Source: a virus
Taxonomy: Duplodnaviria; Caudoviricetes
Virus record (IMG/VR): IMGVR_UViG_3300046003_007106
Location: 1 to 56,227 of that record
Length of the DNA stretch: 56,227 nt
Direction: 5' to 3' (one strand)
Shown here: positions 49,080 to 56,227 of the stretch, in pieces
Numbering within the stretch: the first letter of the stretch is position 1
Layout: each line of letters begins with the position of its first letter
The notes under the pieces: generated by a model
What the model was told of the DNA's origin: nothing
Databases searched by the model: none
What the model saw: only the letters and a program-made list of their open reading frames with translations
Position numbers and translations under genes: made by a program

Positions 49080-49783
49080 TGGAAGAAAAACTTACAATAG
49101 TAATACCAACAAAAAACGAAAAAAAATATATAGGAAGATTGTTAACAGCGCTTTATCATCAAAAGATTGGTCAAACTAAAATTATCATATCTGATAATAA
49201 CTCACAGGATACAACACTATCAATTGTACAACTTTATAAAAAAATACTTAATTTAAATATAGAGGTTGTTGAGGGTGGTTTACCATCTGTTGCTAGAAAC
49301 AACGGCGCTTTAAAAGCAACAACCCCTTATATATTATTTGTTGACGCTGATGTTACTTTCACAAGAAACAACGCAATTGCGTTGGCGATGAAAAAAATTG
49401 TTAACAAAAAGATTGTTTCCACAACCCCAGTATATAAAGGCACCAAGGATTTAAAGGCAAAATTATTATTCTCTGTTAATAATCATCTTACAAAGTTTAT
49501 ATCACTATTTGACCCATTTGCAGTCGGGGCCTTCATGCTCATCAGAAAAAAAGATTTTTTTGATAAAGGTGGTTACGATATAGAAATCATACAGTCAGAG
49601 GATTGGTGGTTATCAAAACAATTTAAACCAAGTGAATTTTGTTTGATACCAAAATTAATTACACAAGACAATAGACGATTTAAAAAATTTGGATATATGA
49701 ATATGATTAAAATGATGTTTGTTAATTGGATTAATAAAAACAACCTAGATCATTTTAAAAAGAATAATGGGTATTGGAATTAA
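49079..49783 (+). CDS. Glycosyltransferase family 2
   Basis: IVIPTKNE, DNNSQD, ARNNGA, FVDAD, EDW. Confidence 0.88.
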   Translation: MEEKLTIVIPTKNEKKYIGRLLTALYHQKIGQTKIIISDNNSQDTTLSIVQLYKKILNLNIEVVEGGLPSVARNNGALKATTPYILFVDADVTFTRNNAIALAMKKIVNKKIVSTTPVYKGTKDLKAKLLFSVNNHLTKFISLFDPFAVGAFMLIRKKDFFDKGGYDIEIIQSEDWWLSKQFKPSEFCLIPKLITQDNRRFKKFGYMNMIKMMFVNWINKNNLDHFKKNNGYWN

Positions 49784-49819
49784 AAATTTTCATAACCTAT
49801 TTATAATTAAATTATTAAA

Positions 49820-50857
49820 ATGAAAAAAAATCAAAAAAACAAAATTAAAAAGATGTCAAACGAAAACAATCAAGAAGTAGGTGCTGAGGTTAATGTTTCA
49901 GTAGACGGTAACGTATCAACCCAAACGGGTAACGAACAAGTAGGTGCAAGCGCAAACGCATCATATGATGCTCACGCTGAAGCTGAAGCAAACGCAAAAG
50001 CTGGTATCGATGGTGATATGGCTTACGCATCCGCAGAAGCTCATGTTAGCGCAGAAGTAAGTGCAGAAGCGAACGCTGAAGCACATGCAAATCAAGAATT
50101 AGGTGGTGGTGTTAGTGTAGGTGCTGACGTAAGTGCTGGAGCTGAAGCTCACGCAAGTGCTGAAGCAAATGCGGAAGTACATGCTGAAGCTGGTTGGGAT
50201 GGATCAGACGCTAAGGTAGCAGCTGGTGCAAGTGTTGATGCTAGAGTAGAGGTTGGAGCGAGTGGTGAGGCAAACGCTAAAGCTGGGGTAGACACACCAA
50301 TCGGCGAAGTTTCTGTTGAGGCTAATGCTGAAGGACATGCTGGCGCATACGCAGAAGCTCACGCTGGAGTTGATGGACACGCAAGTGTTGGTGAGCATGG
50401 TGTTGAAGTTGGTGGTGGTGCGATGGCTGGAGCAAGTGTTGGTGTTGAAGCTGGTGGATCCGCTGGAGTGGACACACCTTTGGGTGGTGCTGAAGTAAGC
50501 GGTGGAGTTGGTACTAGTATAGGTGTACAGGTTGGTGCTGAAGGTGAAGGTCATACAACATATAATAATGGTGAGGTTAGTGTAGGTGTTTCTGGTGAAG
50601 CGGCTTTATTAGTAGGATTGGATGCTGATGTAAATGTTAACTTGGATTTAAATCCAGCTATTAGCATCGGTGAAACAGTTGTGGACAAAACACCTGAAAT
50701 TGCAAACACAGTTGCAAATGAAACTGTTAACGTGGCAAATACCGTGGCTGACACGACAACAAGTGCCGTAAACACTGTGGCCGATACAGCTAAAAATGTT
50801 GGTAATTCGATCTCTGATGGGGCTAAAAACATCGGTAAAAAACTTAAATTCTGGTAA
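49820..50857 (+). CDS. Ala/Gly/Val/Glu-rich repetitive protein
   Basis: Alternating A-x-A-x strands (AEAHASAEANAEVHAEAG); C-terminal NTVA repeats; start may be the later Met (MSNENNQ). Confidence 0.7.
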   Translation: MKKNQKNKIKKMSNENNQEVGAEVNVSVDGNVSTQTGNEQVGASANASYDAHAEAEANAKAGIDGDMAYASAEAHVSAEVSAEANAEAHANQELGGGVSVGADVSAGAEAHASAEANAEVHAEAGWDGSDAKVAAGASVDARVEVGASGEANAKAGVDTPIGEVSVEANAEGHAGAYAEAHAGVDGHASVGEHGVEVGGGAMAGASVGVEAGGSAGVDTPLGGAEVSGGVGTSIGVQVGAEGEGHTTYNNGEVSVGVSGEAALLVGLDADVNVNLDLNPAISIGETVVDKTPEIANTVANETVNVANTVADTTTSAVNTVADTAKNVGNSISDGAKNIGKKLKFW

Positions 50858-50859
50858 AA

Positions 50860-51126
50860 ATGGCTGAAAATCAAGGTATTACGGATACTTTCTTCACTAA
50901 ATTAAAGGAGCAATCGTTTACGATCATACTATTGGTCGGTATATTATGGTATCAAAACAATAATTATCGAAACTCTGTTGAAGATTATAAAACCCAACTT
51001 GATAAAAAAGATGAGACTATTATGAAGTTAGTTGATGATGAAAGACAGAGAATGGTCGAAAGGAATGAATATTTGATGACTCAAAGAGATAAGTATGTTG
51101 ATGAGTTAATTAATAAACAAAAATAA
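50860..51126 (+). CDS. Single-TM coiled-coil protein
   Basis: FTIILLVGILWY followed by a coiled coil. Confidence 0.65.
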   Translation: MAENQGITDTFFTKLKEQSFTIILLVGILWYQNNNYRNSVEDYKTQLDKKDETIMKLVDDERQRMVERNEYLMTQRDKYVDELINKQK

Positions 51127-51127
51127 C

Positions 51128-51153
51128 AAAGGGGTCTAGGACCCCTTTTTTTT
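51128..51153. terminator. Bidirectional terminator
   Basis: AAAGGGGTC/GACCCCTTT hairpin. Confidence 0.75.
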
Positions 51154-51183
51154 ATATAGTGCTATTTTGAAGAATGTTTTTTA

Positions 51184-52236
51184 TTAACCGAAGTTTTTTC
51201 TCACATCATCATGTGTAACAGACCCAATGTTGTTTTTCTCTCTATAAGATTGAGCTTTAATACCCTTTAAAATATTTTCAAGAACCTTGGTAACATCTTC
51301 GTAATTAATATCTTTATACTTCTCATCGATCAAATCGTTTATCTCCATGTATAAATCGCCCGTTTTGTCGGAAAGATCCTCACCGAGTGTGGTTGGGTTT
51401 GGGTTATTCCTGCGTTGTGTTAAATCCAACTGACCACCTTTACTGGTTATACCATATCCAAAATGTAAAACATAATAGAAATTCCCTTGATCAAATTTAT
51501 ACAGCATATTTGGGTATTTTGATTTGATTTCATTCAAAAGCTCATTACCCAAACCATCAACGTATTTTATTATTTCTGGGTTTTTTTGCCATCCACTCCA
51601 TTCATTACCAAATTTTGTTCCAGCTTTATAGGTCCAATCATTACCACCACCTACAAGTAATTTGGCTACAATTGAAGGTGTAACGATAACGTTAACCATT
51701 TCACCATGATTACCTTCTTGTACCACAATTTGAATATGCTCTTCATTTTTAGAACTTTGAACCGCTGTTTTGGTTGTAGTGAGATTAGGGGTAACAAATT
51801 TATTAGTTATTTGAACGGCAAATCCTTTTGTCTTTAAAAATGAATAGAGTTGTTTAGACATTTGTTTTAATTCTAACAAATTTTCGTTTAATGATTCCTC
51901 ACCAACAAAATTTGTATTGTAACCCATCTCACCATTGGTGCTTTCGTTTTCAATCTTTTGTGCACCGTATTTAATCCCTTTTAAGAAAGCCTCAATACTG
52001 TTAAATTGTTTAACCAATTTGCTTCCCTCATACACACTTATGCTATCATTGATGTTACCGTACACTCTATCACCAATCTCAAGAACATAAGGTGCGATTT
52101 TATGTAAATTACCAACAACACTTTTTAATTCGTGCATAATTGTTGTATCGTAGTAAACACCACTGACGTTTGTACCTTCATTAAGGCCCATCATTTTACG
52201 CATTTTAGCGATTTCGTTTAACATATTTTTTTCCAT
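51184..52236 (-). CDS. Modular protein with LNE leader
   Basis: MEKNMLNEIAKMRKMMGLNE; TATTTAT on minus strand at 52255-52261. Confidence 0.7.
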   Translation of the reverse strand: MEKNMLNEIAKMRKMMGLNEGTNVSGVYYDTTIMHELKSVVGNLHKIAPYVLEIGDRVYGNINDSISVYEGSKLVKQFNSIEAFLKGIKYGAQKIENESTNGEMGYNTNFVGEESLNENLLELKQMSKQLYSFLKTKGFAVQITNKFVTPNLTTTKTAVQSSKNEEHIQIVVQEGNHGEMVNVIVTPSIVAKLLVGGGNDWTYKAGTKFGNEWSGWQKNPEIIKYVDGLGNELLNEIKSKYPNMLYKFDQGNFYYVLHFGYGITSKGGQLDLTQRRNNPNPTTLGEDLSDKTGDLYMEINDLIDEKYKDINYEDVTKVLENILKGIKAQSYREKNNIGSVTHDDVRKNFG

Positions 52237-52297
52237 AGTAATTAGTTTTTATTGATAAATACTTGAAACTTTTTAAAAATCACATATATTTATTGAA

Positions 52298-52372
52298 GAC
52301 CTTGTGATTGGGTTCCATGCGTACTGGATGCGTTTGAGTTGGAATTGATACCAACGATATGGACACCAAATA
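52298..52372 (+). ncRNA. Putative structured 5' leader RNA
   Basis: TTGG..TCCAT/ATGGA..CCAA outer stem enclosing GCGT/ATGC and GTTGG/CCAAC hairpins; GC-rich relative to other intergenic DNA. Confidence 0.35.
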
Positions 52373-52392
52373 CAAAAAAAATATAAGGAAAA

Positions 52393-53232
52393 ATGTTATA
52401 CACGTACATTAATACTGTACCTGCGCCCAGTGCGTTCATCACAGTAAACAAACAAAGACTCCGTCAAGACGGAAAAGCGGTCTACATGAAAGACCAAACA
52501 GAGTTCGAGATCGAACTTCACAATCCCACAAAAGAAAAAATAATGGCAATGATCGAAATGAATGGTACACCCATTTCAGATTCGGGTATCATTTTGAAAC
52601 CAGGTCAAAGGGTTTTTCTTGAAAGATTTCTGGATAATGAGAAAAAATTCCTTTATGAAACTTATGTGGTAAACAATAACAAAGAAATCAAGGAAGCGAT
52701 TCAGAACAACGGAAAGGTTACAGTTAGATTTCACAAGGAATCAAAACCAAGACCAAGAAGTGTGACTTACGGATCTTTGGTTAATACCCCAACAAGTTTT
52801 GGTTATAGTGAGATTACTTACACAAATTACAACCAAATCATCCCGAATTACAAATCTAACATCAACGGTATTACTGATACCATCTTCACAAACAGCGTTG
52901 GTAACACAAATATCAATAACTTAAGCAACAGAAAGATGGAAACGGGTTCGGTTGAACAAGGAAGCCAAAGTGATCAGGAGTTAAAATCAACCCGTGGAAA
53001 CTTCGAATGGTTTTACACATGGAGCGATGAATGGCAAATCATGCCACACAACCAACAACCAAAAACCGCAAAGGATTTGGTTGACAGATGCAGCAAATGC
53101 GCGGCGAAATTAAAACCAAATTATAAGTTCTGCCCAGAATGTGGTGAAAAGAATCTGGATAAAGAAGATCCAGAGGCGTTTTTACAGTCACTATCAAAGG
53201 AACAGTTAATTCAATTGTTAAAAGCAAAATAA
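52393..53232 (+). CDS. Hypothetical protein with C-terminal zinc ribbon
   Basis: CSKC...FCPECG; N-terminal beta-rich domain (EFEIELHNP, LKPGQRVFLERF). Confidence 0.75.
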   Translation: MLYTYINTVPAPSAFITVNKQRLRQDGKAVYMKDQTEFEIELHNPTKEKIMAMIEMNGTPISDSGIILKPGQRVFLERFLDNEKKFLYETYVVNNNKEIKEAIQNNGKVTVRFHKESKPRPRSVTYGSLVNTPTSFGYSEITYTNYNQIIPNYKSNINGITDTIFTNSVGNTNINNLSNRKMETGSVEQGSQSDQELKSTRGNFEWFYTWSDEWQIMPHNQQPKTAKDLVDRCSKCAAKLKPNYKFCPECGEKNLDKEDPEAFLQSLSKEQLIQLLKAK

Positions 53233-53255
53233 AATAATATTCACAAGGTCATAGA

Positions 53256-53279
53256 ATCCCGCCAAAAGCGGGGTTTTTT
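53256..53279 (+). terminator. Intrinsic terminator
   Basis: CCCGC/GCGGG hairpin with T-tract. Confidence 0.75.
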
Positions 53280-53338
53280 ATTAGTTTTGATGGTATTTAT
53301 ATTATATAATGAAATTATTGTATTAAACGAACAATTAA

Positions 53339-54439
53339 ATGGAATCAGGAAATGACATTTTTAGTCAATTAAAGGCTAGACACCCAGAGGTAAGATTCGA
53401 ACTATACCCAACGGTTAAAGGTGACACCAAGCGTGTATACCTTACAGGGTTCATGGTACCTTACAGTATGAGAGGAAAAGGTCTTGGAACAAAGTTCATG
53501 GAAGATCTGATGAAGGTTGCTGATGAAAACGGTTTTAAGATAACACTTACACCGTCAAGCAGCTACGGTGGAAATGTAATCAGATTAAGAAAGTTCTACA
53601 AAGAATTTGGGTTTGTTGAAAACAAAGGAAGCAACAGAGATTACTCACACAAAGAAGATATGTACAGGGACCCAAAAAATTTAAACGAGGGCAACGGATC
53701 ATTGTTAACCGAAAAGTTAACAGATGTGGATGACGATGTGAATATGATCTACGAAATGTATTTCAGAAAGGGTGTTGAAGAAATTGAACGCACGGGGATG
53801 ATATCAGCTAAAACGTTTGAGAAAACGGAAACCGACACAAGCGTATTAAAGAATGAATTATGTATTAAGGCTCATGAAATGAACCCATGCACAATCTGGA
53901 TCAATAAAGGTAATAATCATTACAACCCAAATAAAAAACTTATTTCAGTGTCGGTTAGCGTTTCAGCGATGGATTATATCATGAGCCAATTTGATGGGGA
54001 TCTTAAAAAGGCTATACATTATCAAGACCCGCCACAAGTAATAACAATGAAAAGGGAATTCACGGAAGAAAGAATCAAGGGATCCATTCACCATGAGTTG
54101 ACCCACTGGATTGATGATACCTTAAATAATCGACATATAAAGAAAATACTTGATAAAAATGTTGAATTGCATTCAGCTGGTGAGGCGCTGCCGTTTGACA
54201 GCGTGACGGTTAATGCGCATTACATGGAGATACAAGCTCAGGTCCACAACATAAAGCAATTGCATAATAAACACGCTGACATCTGGAACACATTATCATT
54301 TGAGGATATGATGCACATGTCACCATCATTGACGCATACATACAGAACATTGCCACACGGTTTAAAGACGCAATGGATTAAAAAATTAAAGATGAGATTG
54401 TTCAGAGAAGGATTGCTCGGCAAAAAAATGTTTAATTAA
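53339..54439 (+). CDS. GNAT acetyltransferase-like domain fused to an HExxH domain
   Basis: VPYSMRGKGLGTKFM...FYKEFGF; linker NLNEG..LLTE; IHHELTHWID. Confidence 0.7.
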   Translation: MESGNDIFSQLKARHPEVRFELYPTVKGDTKRVYLTGFMVPYSMRGKGLGTKFMEDLMKVADENGFKITLTPSSSYGGNVIRLRKFYKEFGFVENKGSNRDYSHKEDMYRDPKNLNEGNGSLLTEKLTDVDDDVNMIYEMYFRKGVEEIERTGMISAKTFEKTETDTSVLKNELCIKAHEMNPCTIWINKGNNHYNPNKKLISVSVSVSAMDYIMSQFDGDLKKAIHYQDPPQVITMKREFTEERIKGSIHHELTHWIDDTLNNRHIKKILDKNVELHSAGEALPFDSVTVNAHYMEIQAQVHNIKQLHNKHADIWNTLSFEDMMHMSPSLTHTYRTLPHGLKTQWIKKLKMRLFREGLLGKKMFN

Positions 54440-54456
54440 AAACCAGAACGATTAAT

Positions 54457-55110
54457 ATGGTAACAAGTGAATCAAATGTGTTAAACACAAACATACCAAA
54501 TCTTAAATTAAAAGTAAGAAGAAGTTGGTTAACCAAGAATGAGGATGACAAATTTATATTCGATGACTGTTACGCATTTGCAATACAAAGTATAGCGGGT
54601 AAAATATTAACATTTCATATTATGACAGATTATGGGATGTTGAGAAGTAGAGTGCCTATATCGGAGTTATTTAACAAAGAGACCAAACAAGATATCCCAG
54701 CTGACCACAAACAATTATGGGACTGCTTTGGTGAGAATGTCAGTGTAATTGAGTACCAATACTTAGCTGAGAAAAGGTGTAAGGTTATCCTAAAGGATAA
54801 GTCATTCGCTTGGGCCACCTACTTATTTACTGTGGATTGGTTTAGCAACCCGTACTCAAATGAACCAACCGATTACAAGTGTGGTCACATACTATTGGCT
54901 GACGATGGTTATTTACTATGTCAACCAAACAATCGGATATATTGGAAGGATTCTAACTTTATAACTAACGATTTTCCGATAAACCCAAAAGAATTTAAGG
55001 TGGACAGCACATTGGAAAGCGTAGAATCTAAAAGTGATAGATGGGTTAGTTCAAATACAGATTCTTTTTATTACGAAATAAATGAAATACAAGATAAAAT
55101 AAAATATTAA
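54457..55110 (+). CDS. Hypothetical phage protein
   Basis: 217-aa ORF with QLWDCF, YLFTVDW, KCGH, QPNNRI motifs. Confidence 0.7.
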   Translation: MVTSESNVLNTNIPNLKLKVRRSWLTKNEDDKFIFDDCYAFAIQSIAGKILTFHIMTDYGMLRSRVPISELFNKETKQDIPADHKQLWDCFGENVSVIEYQYLAEKRCKVILKDKSFAWATYLFTVDWFSNPYSNEPTDYKCGHILLADDGYLLCQPNNRIYWKDSNFITNDFPINPKEFKVDSTLESVESKSDRWVSSNTDSFYYEINEIQDKIKY

Positions 55111-55111
55111 T

Positions 55112-55891
55112 ATGAAACAACTAAACGAACAGTTAGATAGAATACGAGAAATAATGCTTTCTGAGCAAATGGTTCAATCAGATGCTTGGAAATCAATAAA
55201 AAAAACTTTGGACATCTTAAAGAAAAAGGATAAGGTTTTATTATTGAGTTGTTCAAATAGATATAACTGGGACGAAACTAATGTGGATACCCCTAAATCC
55301 AAATTACTGGCAACATATATTCACGAAGAGTTGGGTGATAAATCTGTTTTAATAGATGTTACGGACCTTAAAATTTTCCCTTGTGAAGGTAATGTATCAC
55401 GAAAAGAAGGAAATGGTTGTGGTGTGTTAAAGTCAAAATTAAAAGATAAGGAAAAAAACCCTTCGGGTGAACATAGATGTTGGGCTAGTTTAAATAACAA
55501 AACCGATGAACTTTGGAAAATCTCTAAAGAATTATTTGAATCTGATGCGGTTATATTTTTTAGTTCCGTAAGATGGGGACAAACAAATATGTACTATCAA
55601 AATCTAATTGAAAGATTAACTTGGTTAGAAAATAGACACTCATCATTGGGTGAAAGTAATTTAATTAAAGATATTGAAACTGGTTTCATATGTGTGGGAC
55701 AAAATTGGAATGGTGAAGAGGTTACCAAAGTACAAATGAAAGTTCATGAGTTTTATGGGTTTAAACCAAATAAAAAACTCTATTGGAATTGGCAATATAC
55801 CACAGATGTAAATGATGAGACTCAAAAGTCTTACGAAAAATCACACGATAAATTTATTAAAGATACTAAAATTCCAGATACAGAAAAATGA
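55112..55891 (+). CDS. Flavodoxin-like / NAD(P)H-dependent FMN reductase-like protein with LNE leader
   Basis: MKQLNEQLDRIREIMLSE leader; LSCSNR, DLKIFPCEG, ESDAVIFFSSVRWG. Confidence 0.7.
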   Translation: MKQLNEQLDRIREIMLSEQMVQSDAWKSIKKTLDILKKKDKVLLLSCSNRYNWDETNVDTPKSKLLATYIHEELGDKSVLIDVTDLKIFPCEGNVSRKEGNGCGVLKSKLKDKEKNPSGEHRCWASLNNKTDELWKISKELFESDAVIFFSSVRWGQTNMYYQNLIERLTWLENRHSSLGESNLIKDIETGFICVGQNWNGEEVTKVQMKVHEFYGFKPNKKLYWNWQYTTDVNDETQKSYEKSHDKFIKDTKIPDTEK

Positions 55892-56227
55892 TGAATTTAC
55901 AAGAACAAATATCAAGAATATTAAAGGGAACAATTGTTGAATCAAAAAATTGGGGTGATTCTGATGAAAAATTGGAAAAAAATTTTAAATTCAAAGATTT
56001 TAATGAATCAATGGATTTTGTTAATAAAGTTGCTAAAATTGCTGAAGAACAACAACATCATCCAGATATTGAAATAAAATATAATAAAGTAAAAATATCA
56101 ATAACTGATCACGAAAAGGGTGGTGTATCTGATAAATGTCATAAATTAGTAAAATCTATTGATGATATTGAAAAAACAGTTAGAGTAACAAAATCAGATT
56201 TGGTTCGTATTATTAAACAAGAAGAAT
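55888..56227 (+). CDS. phhB: Pterin-4a-carbinolamine dehydratase-like protein with leader, 3'-truncated; absent from ORF track
   Basis: Translated by hand: MMNLQEQISRILKG...FKFKDFNESMDFVNKVAKIAEEQQHHPDIEIKYNKVKISITDHEKGGVS; runs off the window. Confidence 0.75.
   Translation, partial: MMNLQEQISRILKGTIVESKNWGDSDEKLEKNFKFKDFNESMDFVNKVAKIAEEQQHHPDIEIKYNKVKISITDHEKGGVSDKCHKLVKSIDDIEKTVRVTKSDLVRIIKQEE

Noticed and set aside
52298-53250. Retron or IS element suggested by the inverted repeat
   Set aside because: No reverse transcriptase or transposase motifs in the enclosed ORF or window; kept only as an RNA-pairing hypothesis
1-56227. Alternative genetic code (stop-codon reassignment) as in some large Bacteroidota phages
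   Set aside because: Core genes are full length and densely packed under code 11, with no systematic in-frame TAG/TGA breaks

Overview
This AT-rich, densely coding 56 kb window is most consistent with a large T4-like dsDNA phage (Caudoviricetes) infecting a Bacteroidota host. Host evidence: TTTG-N19/20-TAnnTTTG promoters, a T9SS C-terminal sorting domain and a DUF4494-like gene. Left part: head morphogenesis module with large terminase, portal interrupted by an HNH-bearing intein, prohead protease, scaffold and gp23-like major capsid protein. Next is a glycosylation cluster (GT4/GT25-like enzymes, NodU-type carbamoyltransferase, TibC/Aah-like heptosyltransferase) beside a Ser/Gly-repeat protein. 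The middle carries ClpC, KTSC, a nucleotidyltransferase, dNMP kinase, a UvrD-like helicase and a GH19 endolysin. Two candidate undescribed systems stand out. (1) An 8-gene minus-strand operon (35168-43567) encodes a T9SS-tagged cohesin/dockerin scaffold, a dockerin-bearing C-type lectin, a CsgG-like protein and outer-membrane beta-barrels. (2) Several unrelated proteins, including enzymes, share an N-terminal 'LNEQIxRI/MxxMMGLNE' leader that resembles the scaffold C-terminal helix and carries gp21-type L/I-x-E sites, suggesting capsid-targeted cargo. Also seen: a sense-strand TATTTAT(A) motif (reverse complement of the T4 late promoter), a candidate -1 frameshift, tRNA/boxA remnants and structured UTRs. 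No CRISPR array, rRNA or intact tRNA was recognised. All family calls come from motif recognition by eye; no database searches were run.
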